The translations under genes were made by a program, and so were the position numbers. A model generated the notes under the pieces. The model was not told the origin of the DNA. It ran no database searches and was given only the letters and a program-made list of their open reading frames with translations. Of a stretch of 52,164 bases of DNA, positions 32,791-40,999 are shown piece after piece; the first letter of the stretch is position 1; each line of letters opens with the position of its first letter. Origin of the DNA: Anaerolineae bacterium (GTDB lineage: Bacteria; Chloroflexota; Anaerolineae; UBA1429); assembly GCA_034433995.1 (NCBI GenBank), contig DAOTZU010000032.1:1-52164 (forward strand), read 5' to 3'.

Positions 32791-35280
32791 ATGGAGAATT
32801 ATGAGAAGCTCGGCGTGTTCTATTTGGGGCGCCTTTATGATCTGAAGGCAAAAAAGCCCCAAGAGGAGCTGCTGCTGTATGACGCCAAAGACCTGGTGAC
32901 CCACGCCATGATCGTGGGCATGACCGGCAGCGGCAAGACAGGCTTGGGCATCGGCCTCATCGAGGAGGCCGCCATAGACGGCCTTCCGGTCATCGCCATT
33001 GACCCCAAGGGCGACTTGGGTAACCTGCTGCTGACCTTCCCCGGCCTCCAGCCCCAGGATTTCCTCCCCTGGATCAACCAGGAGGAGGCACGGAAAAAGG
33101 GCCTCACTCCTGAGGTTTACGCCGCCCAGCAGGCCGAGCTTTGGCGCAAGGGTTTGGCCGAATGGGGCCAAAGTGGCGAGCGCATCCAACGTCTGCGCGA
33201 GGCCGCCGAGTTTGTCATCTACACCCCCGGCAGCACCGCCGGGCTGCCGGTCTCGATCGTCAAATCCTTCGCCGCCCCGGATCCCGCCCTCCAGGAAGAT
33301 AGTGACCTGTGGCGCGAGCGGATCAGCACCACCGTCACCAGCCTGCTGGGTTTGGTGGGCATCCAGGCCGATCCCATCCAGAGCCGGGAGCACATCCTGC
33401 TCTCCAACCTCTTGGACTTGGCCTGGCGCCAAGGCCAGGATATGGACCTGCCGCGATTGATCCAGCAGGTGCAATCGCCGCCCATCAGCAAGGTGGGTGT
33501 GCTGGATTTAGAGTCCTTCTATCCGGCCAAGGAGCGCTTTGGGCTGGTCATGGCCCTGAACAACATGCTCGCCTCCCCTGGCTTCAGCACCTGGATGGAG
33601 GGCGAGCCGCTGGATATCGGCCAGATCCTCTACACCCCCTCAGGCAAACCACGGGTGGCCATCTTTTCCATCGCCCATCTGAGCGACGCGGAGCGCATGT
33701 TCTTTGTGGCGCTGTTGCTCAACCAGATCCTGGGCTGGATGCGCGCCCAACCCGGCACCACCAGCCTGCGGGCCCTGGTCTACATGGACGAGATCTTTGG
33801 TTACTTCCCGCCCCTGAGCAACCCGCCGGCCAAGCTGCCCCTCCTGACCTTGCTCAAGCAGGCCCGTGCCTTTGGCGTGGGCTTGGTCCTGGCCACCCAA
33901 AACCCTGTAGACCTGGATTACAAGGGCCTGGCCAACACCGGCACCTGGTTCGTGGGCCGTCTGCAGACGGAACGGGACAAGATGCGGCTCTTGGACGGCC
34001 TGGAGGGCGTGGCCACCAGCGCCGGCCTCCAATTCAACCGGCAGGAGCTGGACCGCACCCTTTCCTCGTTGACCAGCCGGGTCTTTTTGCTGAACAACAT
34101 CCATGATGCGGCGCCAGCTATCTTCCAAACCCGTTGGGCCATGTCCTACCTGGCCGGCCCGCTGACCAGGGAACAGATCAAAACCCTGATGGCCCCCCAC
34201 AAGGCGACCACGCCCCAACCGGGGCCGTCTCCCCGGCCTGCCGCGGCGCCCGCCGCCTTTGCCGCCGCGCCTGTAGCGGCGGCAGCCGCCCCCGCGACGC
34301 CGGCCGCCCCCGCCGCGGAGAGCCCGGCCAGCACCCAGCCGCCGGCCCTGCCGCCGGGGCTGAGCCAGGTCTTTATCCCCATCCGCGGCCGCGTGCCGGC
34401 GCGGCTGGTGTATCAGCCCCGGATCTTGGGCGCAGCCCAGGTGCGCCTGGCCGATACCAAGGCCAAGGTAGACCTGCTGGAGGACGTGCTCCTCTTGGCG
34501 CCCATCACCGACGCCCCCTTGCCGGTGGATTGGGCCGAGGCCCAGCAGGTATCCTTCTCCCTCAAAGATTTGGATACGGCGCCCCAGGGCCCGGCCCTCT
34601 TTGCCGCCCTGCCTGCGGCGGCCACCCAGGCCAGAAACTATGCCACCTGGAACCGCAATTTGGTCACCTGGCTCTATCAGAACCACAAGTTGGAGCTGTT
34701 CCGTTCGCCGAGCCTGGGCGAGGTCTCGCGGCCAGGCGAGACGGAGCGCGACTTTCGCCTGCGGGTGCAACAGGCCGCCAGGGAGCAGCGCGACGCGGCG
34801 TTGGAAAAGTTGCGCCAAAAGTACGCACCCAAGCTGGCCGCCTTGCAGGAGCGCATCCGCCGCGCCCAACAGGTGGTGGATAAGCAAGCCGAGCAAGCCA
34901 AGGCCCAAAAGGCCCAAGTGGCCATCTCCATGGGCGCCACCCTGCTCACCGCCCTCACCGGCCGCAAGCTCGCCAGCCAATCCACCGTGGGGCGGGCCAC
35001 CACGGCGGTGCGCGGCGTCACCCGGGCCATGGGCGAGCAGCAGGATGTGGCCCGCGCCAAAGAGACGGTGGAGGCCTTGCAGCAACAACTGGCCGAGCTG
35101 GACGCCCAGTTCAAGGCCGAGGCCGCCGCGTTGCAAACCCGCATCGACATCATGAACGAAGCCCTGGAAACCATCGCCATCCGCCCGAAAAAGACGGACA
35201 TCGTGGTGCAGTTGGTCGCCTTGGCTTGGGTGCCCTATGGCCAGGATGCCCAGGGGATCTTGACCCCGGCCTGGGCGTGA
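32791..35280 (+). CDS. HerA/FtsK-like P-loop ATPase of the YjgR (DUF853/DUF87) type with a long coiled-coil C-terminal extension
   Basis: Walker A VGMTGSGKTG, Walker B-like LVYMDEIFGYF, and GVGLVLATQNPVDLDYKGLANTGTWFVGRL, which parallels E. coli YjgR. These are followed by an Ala/Pro-rich linker and about 300 aa of heptad-like helical sequence. Confidence 0.7.
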   Translation: MENYEKLGVFYLGRLYDLKAKKPQEELLLYDAKDLVTHAMIVGMTGSGKTGLGIGLIEEAAIDGLPVIAIDPKGDLGNLLLTFPGLQPQDFLPWINQEEARKKGLTPEVYAAQQAELWRKGLAEWGQSGERIQRLREAAEFVIYTPGSTAGLPVSIVKSFAAPDPALQEDSDLWRERISTTVTSLLGLVGIQADPIQSREHILLSNLLDLAWRQGQDMDLPRLIQQVQSPPISKVGVLDLESFYPAKERFGLVMALNNMLASPGFSTWMEGEPLDIGQILYTPSGKPRVAIFSIAHLSDAERMFFVALLLNQILGWMRAQPGTTSLRALVYMDEIFGYFPPLSNPPAKLPLLTLLKQARAFGVGLVLATQNPVDLDYKGLANTGTWFVGRLQTERDKMRLLDGLEGVATSAGLQFNRQELDRTLSSLTSRVFLLNNIHDAAPAIFQTRWAMSYLAGPLTREQIKTLMAPHKATTPQPGPSPRPAAAPAAFAAAPVAAAAAPATPAAPAAESPASTQPPALPPGLSQVFIPIRGRVPARLVYQPRILGAAQVRLADTKAKVDLLEDVLLLAPITDAPLPVDWAEAQQVSFSLKDLDTAPQGPALFAALPAAATQARNYATWNRNLVTWLYQNHKLELFRSPSLGEVSRPGETERDFRLRVQQAAREQRDAALEKLRQKYAPKLAALQERIRRAQQVVDKQAEQAKAQKAQVAISMGATLLTALTGRKLASQSTVGRATTAVRGVTRAMGEQQDVARAKETVEALQQQLAELDAQFKAEAAALQTRIDIMNEALETIAIRPKKTDIVVQLVALAWVPYGQDAQGILTPAWA

Positions 35281-35323
35281 GCTCGGACATCGGGGAGTTC
35301 AATCTTGCCTTGAGGAGCTATAT

Positions 35324-36655
35324 ATGAGCAGTCAAGAGGAACAAAAGGCGGCCGCGGCCCAACATGCCGCCCTCGGCATCGGCGAGCAGGCCCAAGGGGG
35401 CTACCGGCGCACCCAACACCCGGATGCCCAGTGGTTCGGCAACGCCGGCCTGGGGCTGTTCATCCACTGGGGCATCTCCAGTGTCCACGGAGAGATAGAC
35501 CTCTCCTGGGGAATGATGGCCGATACCCCCTGGGACGCGCATCTCCACAACCGCAACAAGGTCACGCCGGAGGAGTATTTCAAGCTGGCCGAACGCTTTA
35601 ATCCCGACCGCTACGACCCGGACCGGTGGCTACGGGCCGCCAAGGAGGCCGGTTTTCGCTACGCCGTGATGACCACTAAACACCACGACGGTTTTACCCT
35701 CTGGCCCAGCGCCCAGGGGGAGTGGGGCGTGCAAACCTACCTCAAGGGACGCGACTTGGTGCGCCCGTATGTGGAGGCGTGCCGCAAGAACGGCCTCAAG
35801 GTGGGCCTCTACTACTCGCCCCCCGATTGGTACTATCATCGCCACTATATGTCCTTCCATTATGGCAGTGGCGACGAGCAACGCTTCCCCGGCCGGGTGC
35901 ATTACGGTCTGCGCCATGAGCCGCTGGCCAGCCTCCCGCCCAAGCCGGCGGGGTTCGACGAAGCCTATCGCGCCTATGTGCGCGGCCATGTGGAGGAGCT
36001 CCTGACCCGGTACGGGCAGATCGACCTGCTCTGGTTCGACGGCGGGCCGGCGGTGATCTCCATGGAAGAGATCCGCGCCCTGCAGCCCGGCATCGTGGTC
36101 AACAACCGCATGCACGGCTATGGCGATTTCTTTACCCCCGAATGCCGCATGCCGGAGGCGCCTTTGGAGGGTTGGTGGGAGCTGTGCGAGATCTGGCCGG
36201 AGGGGCCTTGGGGTTATGTCAAATCAGAAAGCTACAAATCCACCGGCTGGATGCTCAGCCGCCTGGCCCAGGTGCGCAGTTGGGGCGGGAATTATCTGAT
36301 CAACGTCGGCCCCAGGCCCGATGGCGAGATGCCCACCACCTATTACCAGCGCATGGCCGAGCTGGCCGCGTGGATGGCCCATAGCAGCGAATCCCTTTTG
36401 GATACGGCGCCGGGCCCCTTCCCCCAACAGTGCGACGTGCCGGTAACCACCCGGGGCAAGACCTGGTATCTCCACATCTTACCAGAGCGAGAGGCGCCGG
36501 TGCAGCTTCGGGAGATATCCCGTCCCACCAGCGTAAAAGCGCTGCGTACCGGCCAAGACCTGCCCTACGCCTTTTACGGGGGCACGCTCATGGTGGATGT
36601 CTCCGGCCCCTGGCGCACCCCTCTGGATGACGTGGTGGCGGTGCGCTGGGACTAG
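35324..36655 (+). CDS. Alpha-L-fucosidase (GH29)
   Basis: GLGLFIHWGISSV and YAVMTTKHHDGFTLWPS are GH29 hallmarks. GAGGAG precedes the ATG. Confidence 0.85.
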   Translation: MSSQEEQKAAAAQHAALGIGEQAQGGYRRTQHPDAQWFGNAGLGLFIHWGISSVHGEIDLSWGMMADTPWDAHLHNRNKVTPEEYFKLAERFNPDRYDPDRWLRAAKEAGFRYAVMTTKHHDGFTLWPSAQGEWGVQTYLKGRDLVRPYVEACRKNGLKVGLYYSPPDWYYHRHYMSFHYGSGDEQRFPGRVHYGLRHEPLASLPPKPAGFDEAYRAYVRGHVEELLTRYGQIDLLWFDGGPAVISMEEIRALQPGIVVNNRMHGYGDFFTPECRMPEAPLEGWWELCEIWPEGPWGYVKSESYKSTGWMLSRLAQVRSWGGNYLINVGPRPDGEMPTTYYQRMAELAAWMAHSSESLLDTAPGPFPQQCDVPVTTRGKTWYLHILPEREAPVQLREISRPTSVKALRTGQDLPYAFYGGTLMVDVSGPWRTPLDDVVAVRWD

Positions 36656-36658
36656 GCC

Positions 36659-37678
36659 TCAGTCGGTGACGGCGATCAAGATCTTGGTAAAACGGGTGGG
36701 GGCGGCGTCCCAATCGGCCAAGGCCTGGGCCGTCTGGGCCAAAGGATAGATCCGCGAGATCAGCTTCAAGAACGGCCGCTCCCTCCGTTCCAACATCTGG
36801 ATCACCGAGGGAAAGACCCGCAGGGCGTTGCGCGCGCCGAGGATATCCAGCTCCTTGCGCACAAAGGCGGTGGTGTCGAAGGTGACCTGCTCCTTGGCGT
36901 AGCCGATGTAGACCACCCGGCCGGCGAAAGAGGCCGCCTCCACCGCCAAGCGATACGTGGCGGGCAGGCCCACCGCCTCGATGGCCACGCTCACCCCCTC
37001 GCCGCCGGTGAGTTCGCGCACCCTGGCCAGAGGATCCTCCTGCGCCGAATGGATGACATGGGTCGCGCCCAAAAGGGTGGCCAGGCGGAGTTTGTCCTCG
37101 TCAATATCGCAGGCGATGACGGTGGCCCCTTTGCGGGCCGAGGCGGCGATGGCCCCCAGCCCCACGGTCCCCGCCCCCAGGACCAACACGGTATCGGCCT
37201 CGCTCACCCGGCCCCGGTTGGCGGCGTGATAGCCCACGCTCAAAGGCTCCACTAGGGCCAACTCCTGGAGGGAGAGCTTGTCACTGCCGTACACTTGGGC
37301 ATAGGGCACGGCCAACCAGGGGGCCAGGGCGCCATCGCGCTGCACGCCCAAGGTCTCGTTAAACTGGCAACAGTTGGGCCGCCCCACCCGGCAGGCGGGG
37401 CAAAGGCCGCATGCGGAATAGGGAGAGACCATCACCCGTTGGCCCAAGCCCAGGCGCTCCGGCACGGCCGCGCCTTTGGCGACGATGACGCCAGAGACCT
37501 CGTGGCCGGGGATGCGGGGATAGGTGACCAAAGGGTTCAGCCCACGAAACGTGTTGAGGTCGCTGCCGCACAACCCCACGTAATGCACCTGCAGCAGCAC
37601 CTCATCGGGTCCGGGCGAGGGATCGGGCACCTCCACCCCAGCGACCTGGCGCGGCGCAACGATGGAGACGGCTCGCAT
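36659..37678 (-). CDS. Zinc-dependent medium-chain alcohol/polyol dehydrogenase
   Basis: GLCGSDL, GHEVSGVIV, structural-zinc cysteines CGLCPACRVGRPNCC and a GAGTVG Rossmann motif. Confidence 0.85.
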   Translation of the reverse strand: MRAVSIVAPRQVAGVEVPDPSPGPDEVLLQVHYVGLCGSDLNTFRGLNPLVTYPRIPGHEVSGVIVAKGAAVPERLGLGQRVMVSPYSACGLCPACRVGRPNCCQFNETLGVQRDGALAPWLAVPYAQVYGSDKLSLQELALVEPLSVGYHAANRGRVSEADTVLVLGAGTVGLGAIAASARKGATVIACDIDEDKLRLATLLGATHVIHSAQEDPLARVRELTGGEGVSVAIEAVGLPATYRLAVEAASFAGRVVYIGYAKEQVTFDTTAFVRKELDILGARNALRVFPSVIQMLERRERPFLKLISRIYPLAQTAQALADWDAAPTRFTKILIAVTD

Positions 37679-37747
37679 GGTTAGCTCCTTCTCTTTGGGT
37701 TCAACCTTTGGGCTACAGCCTCATCCGCCCAAGGCTACCGGCGTTCC

Positions 37748-38563
37748 TCAGCATGATTCCTCGGCGGGCAGGCAGCCCGAACGGATCCACCAAAAGCGTT
37801 CGGCATAGCCTGCGCCGCCCACCCGCAACGCCTGGGCGCGCACCGCGCGGCGCATATCCTCCAGATTGGCCCAAAAAGTGCTGATCTGGGAGGCGTGGCG
37901 GGCGATGGCCTCCTGCTTGGCCCGCAGAGCCTCCTCGGAGAAAAAGAGCGTCTCGCTGGACCAGCACAGCTCCGGCCAGGTGCGCAAGACGGCCTCCACC
38001 GCCTGGGTATCGCCGGCGTAAGGGTAATCCTCATAGAAGAGCACCTGGGCGCCCCGCCTTAGCAGAGCAAAGGCCAGGCGTTGCACGAGGATGTGATCCA
38101 CATGGTGCCCCACGGTGAGAGGGGCGTACATCTTGGCCCCGTCCAACGAACCCACCCGGGCCTCAAGGGCGGCGAGCAGCTCCCGGTGCCAGCCGGCCTC
38201 CGCCGGATGCACCTCGCCAAAGATGGATTCCTCCTGGGGATAGAGGGCCTCGCCGGTGCGGGGATCTTGGCGGTAGACGCAATCCAAAAAGGGCAAATGC
38301 AGCCCCTCCGCGCCCAAGACGGCCAGCGCGGCCAGATCCTCGCGGCGGCGGACGGCCACCGGATCCTCTGCCCCGCCCCAGCGCGCCTTTAGATCCCGCG
38401 CAAAGGCGGTGAGGGAATCATCCTCCGGCGAGCCGGCAAAAAAGGTCACCACCAACACCCTCTCGCCGGCGCGCACCTGGCGGTAGATTGTCCCGCCGCA
38501 GGAGAGCACCACGTCATCCAGATGGGGTGAAAGATACACGTGCTGAGGGCCTTGAGCGTCCAT
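37748..38563 (-). CDS. PIG-L/LmbE-family deacetylase
   Basis: LSPHLDDVVLSCGG N-terminal motif plus later HVDH. The start at ATG 38563 sits directly behind a promoter. The ORF-track start at 38617 is rejected. Confidence 0.8.
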   Translation of the reverse strand: MDAQGPQHVYLSPHLDDVVLSCGGTIYRQVRAGERVLVVTFFAGSPEDDSLTAFARDLKARWGGAEDPVAVRRREDLAALAVLGAEGLHLPFLDCVYRQDPRTGEALYPQEESIFGEVHPAEAGWHRELLAALEARVGSLDGAKMYAPLTVGHHVDHILVQRLAFALLRRGAQVLFYEDYPYAGDTQAVEAVLRTWPELCWSSETLFFSEEALRAKQEAIARHASQISTFWANLEDMRRAVRAQALRVGGAGYAERFWWIRSGCLPAEESC

Positions 38564-38570
38564 GGCCGCG

Positions 38571-38599
38571 AGTATAGCATGGCCGCCAACTCTTGACAA
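38571..38599 (-). promoter_or_regulatory. Candidate promoter giving a leaderless mRNA for the PIG-L deacetylase / ADH unit
   Basis: The minus strand reads TTGTCA (38599-38594), a 17-nt spacer, TATACT (38576-38571), then exactly 7 nt to the ATG at 38563. There is no Shine-Dalgarno. Confidence 0.6.
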
Positions 38600-38616
38600 T
38601 TCCCCCACTCCGCCCA

Positions 38617-38654
38617 AAAGACCAGACAGGTTTTAAAAGACCTGTCCAGTCTTT
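38617..38654. promoter_or_regulatory. Long palindrome upstream of the VIT-VWA operon (copy A of a shared element)
   Basis: AAAGACCAGACAGGT tttaaaa ACCTGTCCAGTCTTT: 13 of 15 arm positions pair. The centre lies about 92 nt upstream of the ATG at 38728. Confidence 0.65.
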
Positions 38655-38727
38655 AGGGGAACCTTCTCCCTTGGCCCAGCGTCTGTGTTTTGCGTTACGT
38701 GAGTGGAGCTTCAAGGAGGCACATCCC

Positions 38728-40977
38728 ATGCAGGTTCGCTGGCTATCTCCGGTGTTGGCCCTGCTTTTGGTGCTACTTGGGGCCACCCCCGCCCTGGCGG
38801 ATGGCATCATCATCCTCCGCCCCCGCCCGCCCGTCCCCCCGCCGCCGCTGCGCAGCCTGGCTATCAAGTATCACCGGGTCACGGTGACCATCGAAGACCA
38901 GGTGGCACGGACCCACGTGGACCAGGTGTTCCTGAACGAATCGGGGCAGGAGCTGGAGGGGGAATACATCTTTCCTGTGCCCGAAGGGGCCAGCATCTCC
39001 AGCTTTGCCCTGTGGGTGGATGGCCAACGCCTGGAGGCGCAAATCCTCGATCGGGACAAGGCGCGACAGATCTATGAAGAGATCGTGCGGCAGCGACGCG
39101 ACCCGGCCCTTTTGGAGTATGTGGGCCGCAACGCCTTCCGTGCCCGGATCTACCCCATACCGGCCTATGGCGAAAAGCGCGTCGAGCTGGAATATACCGA
39201 GATCTTGCCCCGAGACGGGGGATTGGTGCGTTATGTCTATCCTCTGAACACCGAAAAGTTCTCCAGCAAGCCCTTGCAGGAAGTGCAGGTCAGCGTGCGT
39301 CTGGCCACAAAACGGCCCTTGCAGGCGATCTATTCGCCCAGCCACGAGGTGGACGTCCTCCGCGAGGGCGACCGCCAGGCCATGGTGGGCTATGAGGCCA
39401 AGAACGTTACCCCGAATAAGGATTTCGTGCTGTACTATGGCATGGGCGAGCAAGAGCTGCAAAGCAGCCTGCTGAGCTACCGAGAGGGCGATGAAGCCGG
39501 CTTTTTCCTCCTGCTCCTCACCCCGCCCCGCCAGGCGGCGCCGGAGGAGGTGGTGCCCAAGGACGTCTTTTTCGTCTTGGATACCTCCGGCAGCATGCGG
39601 GGAGAAAAACTAACCCAGGCCAAGGAGGCGGCCAAGTTCGTGCTGCATCAGCTCAACCCTGAGGACCGCTTCAACATCATCGCCTTTGCCACCGCCACCC
39701 AGCATTTCGCCAGCGGCCCGCGCCCGGCCCAGGAGGCCAACCAGGCCAAGGGCTTTCTCGCTGCGCTGGAGGCGCGGGGCGGCACCAACATCCACCGCGC
39801 CCTCCAAGAGACCCTGGCGCAATGCGATCCTGCGCGCCCCCAGGTGATCCTCTTTCTCACCGATGGCCTGCCCACCGAGGGCGAGACGGAGGTGAACAAG
39901 ATCCTCCAAGACGTGGCCAAGGCCGCGCCGGAGAATGTGCGCCTCTTTGCCTTTGGCGTGGGCGATGACGTCAATACCCTGCTTTTGGATAGTTTGACGC
40001 AAAAGCATCACGGCACCACGGTGTATGTGCGCCCCGGCGAGAATATCGAACGCGCCGTCTCGTCCTTTTACGAGAAAATCAGCAACCCGGTGTTAACGGG
40101 GATTTCCCTGGATTTCAGCGGGGTGCAAGTGGAGGACCTGTATCCCTATCCTCTGCCCGATCTTTTTGCCGGCGGGCAATTGGTGGTGGTGGGCCGCTAC
40201 CGGCAAGGAGGCGAGGCCACCCTCACCTTGAGGGGCACCAAGGACGACCAACCGGCGAGCTACCGTTACGAGGCAGTGCGCTTTACCACCGACGGCGGCC
40301 CCGATTTTATCCCGCGCCTGTGGGCCACCCGCAAGATCGGCCACCTCCTGACCCAGATCCGCCTCCACGGGGCCGAGCGTGAGCTGGTGGACGAGGTCAT
40401 CGCCCTGAGCGTGCGCTATGGCATCGTCACGCCGTACACCTCCTTCTTGGTGGATGAGACGGAGGACGCCCTCACGCCGGAGGGCCGCGAGGAGCTGGCG
40501 CAGCGGGCCTTGGCCCCGCGGGGCGGGATCGGCAGCGCCGCGCCCGCCGCCCTTGCCTCGGGCGCGCAGGCGGTGGAAAAGAGCATCGCCCAAGACGCCC
40601 TGCGCCGGGCCGAGGTGCCCGCCGAGCCGCAGACGGAGCAGGTGCGCACCATCGGCGACAAGACCTTTGTCCTGCGCCAGGGGAGCTGGACCGACACAGA
40701 CTGGGAGGCCCAGAAAATCAAGGCGGAGGAGATCCTCTGGGGCAGCGAGCGCTATTTCGCCCTTGTGCGCCAATATCCCGCTTTAGGCCGCTACCTGGCC
40801 GTTGGTTCGGACGTCATCATAGTGTGGCAGGGTCGCGCCTATGCCATCCAGAGCGCCACCCATGCCGGCCAGACGAACGCCGACACAGCCTCGCCCAAGC
40901 CAACGCCCACGCCCCAGACCGCGGAAGATGATTTCTGGCGGCAGATCCAAACCTGGTGGCGCAACCTTTGGCGCTAA
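38728..40977 (+). CDS. Secreted VIT + von Willebrand factor A domain protein (inter-alpha-trypsin-inhibitor heavy-chain-like architecture)
   Basis: Signal peptide MQVRWLSPVLALLLVLLGATPALA. VIT-like region (HRVTVTIEDQVARTHVDQVFLN...YIFPVPEGASISSFALWVDG). VWA MIDAS motif VFFVLDTSGSMRG. AAGGAGG lies 8 nt upstream of the ATG. Confidence 0.85.
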   Translation: MQVRWLSPVLALLLVLLGATPALADGIIILRPRPPVPPPPLRSLAIKYHRVTVTIEDQVARTHVDQVFLNESGQELEGEYIFPVPEGASISSFALWVDGQRLEAQILDRDKARQIYEEIVRQRRDPALLEYVGRNAFRARIYPIPAYGEKRVELEYTEILPRDGGLVRYVYPLNTEKFSSKPLQEVQVSVRLATKRPLQAIYSPSHEVDVLREGDRQAMVGYEAKNVTPNKDFVLYYGMGEQELQSSLLSYREGDEAGFFLLLLTPPRQAAPEEVVPKDVFFVLDTSGSMRGEKLTQAKEAAKFVLHQLNPEDRFNIIAFATATQHFASGPRPAQEANQAKGFLAALEARGGTNIHRALQETLAQCDPARPQVILFLTDGLPTEGETEVNKILQDVAKAAPENVRLFAFGVGDDVNTLLLDSLTQKHHGTTVYVRPGENIERAVSSFYEKISNPVLTGISLDFSGVQVEDLYPYPLPDLFAGGQLVVVGRYRQGGEATLTLRGTKDDQPASYRYEAVRFTTDGGPDFIPRLWATRKIGHLLTQIRLHGAERELVDEVIALSVRYGIVTPYTSFLVDETEDALTPEGREELAQRALAPRGGIGSAAPAALASGAQAVEKSIAQDALRRAEVPAEPQTEQVRTIGDKTFVLRQGSWTDTDWEAQKIKAEEILWGSERYFALVRQYPALGRYLAVGSDVIIVWQGRAYAIQSATHAGQTNADTASPKPTPTPQTAEDDFWRQIQTWWRNLWR

Positions 40978-40999
40978 AGAGCGCGACAAGGAGGGAAAA

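Noticed and set aside
30441-35280. Calling the DUF1998 helicase plus HerA-like ATPase a DISARM-, Druantia- or HerA-type defence system.
   Set aside because: There is no methyltransferase, PLD, SIR2 or nuclease effector and no other island hallmarks. The helicase length and motifs fit the housekeeping MrfA/YprA repair family equally well. It is kept only as a moderate-interest hypothesis.
38593-38621. The perfect TTGACA at 38593-38598 on the plus strand as the -35 of the VIT-VWA promoter.
   Set aside because: Nothing resembling a -10 lies 16-18 nt downstream (AAAAGA). The hexamer is the near-complement of the minus-strand -35 (TTGTCA) of the well-formed PIG-L promoter. The true VIT-VWA promoter remains unidentified.
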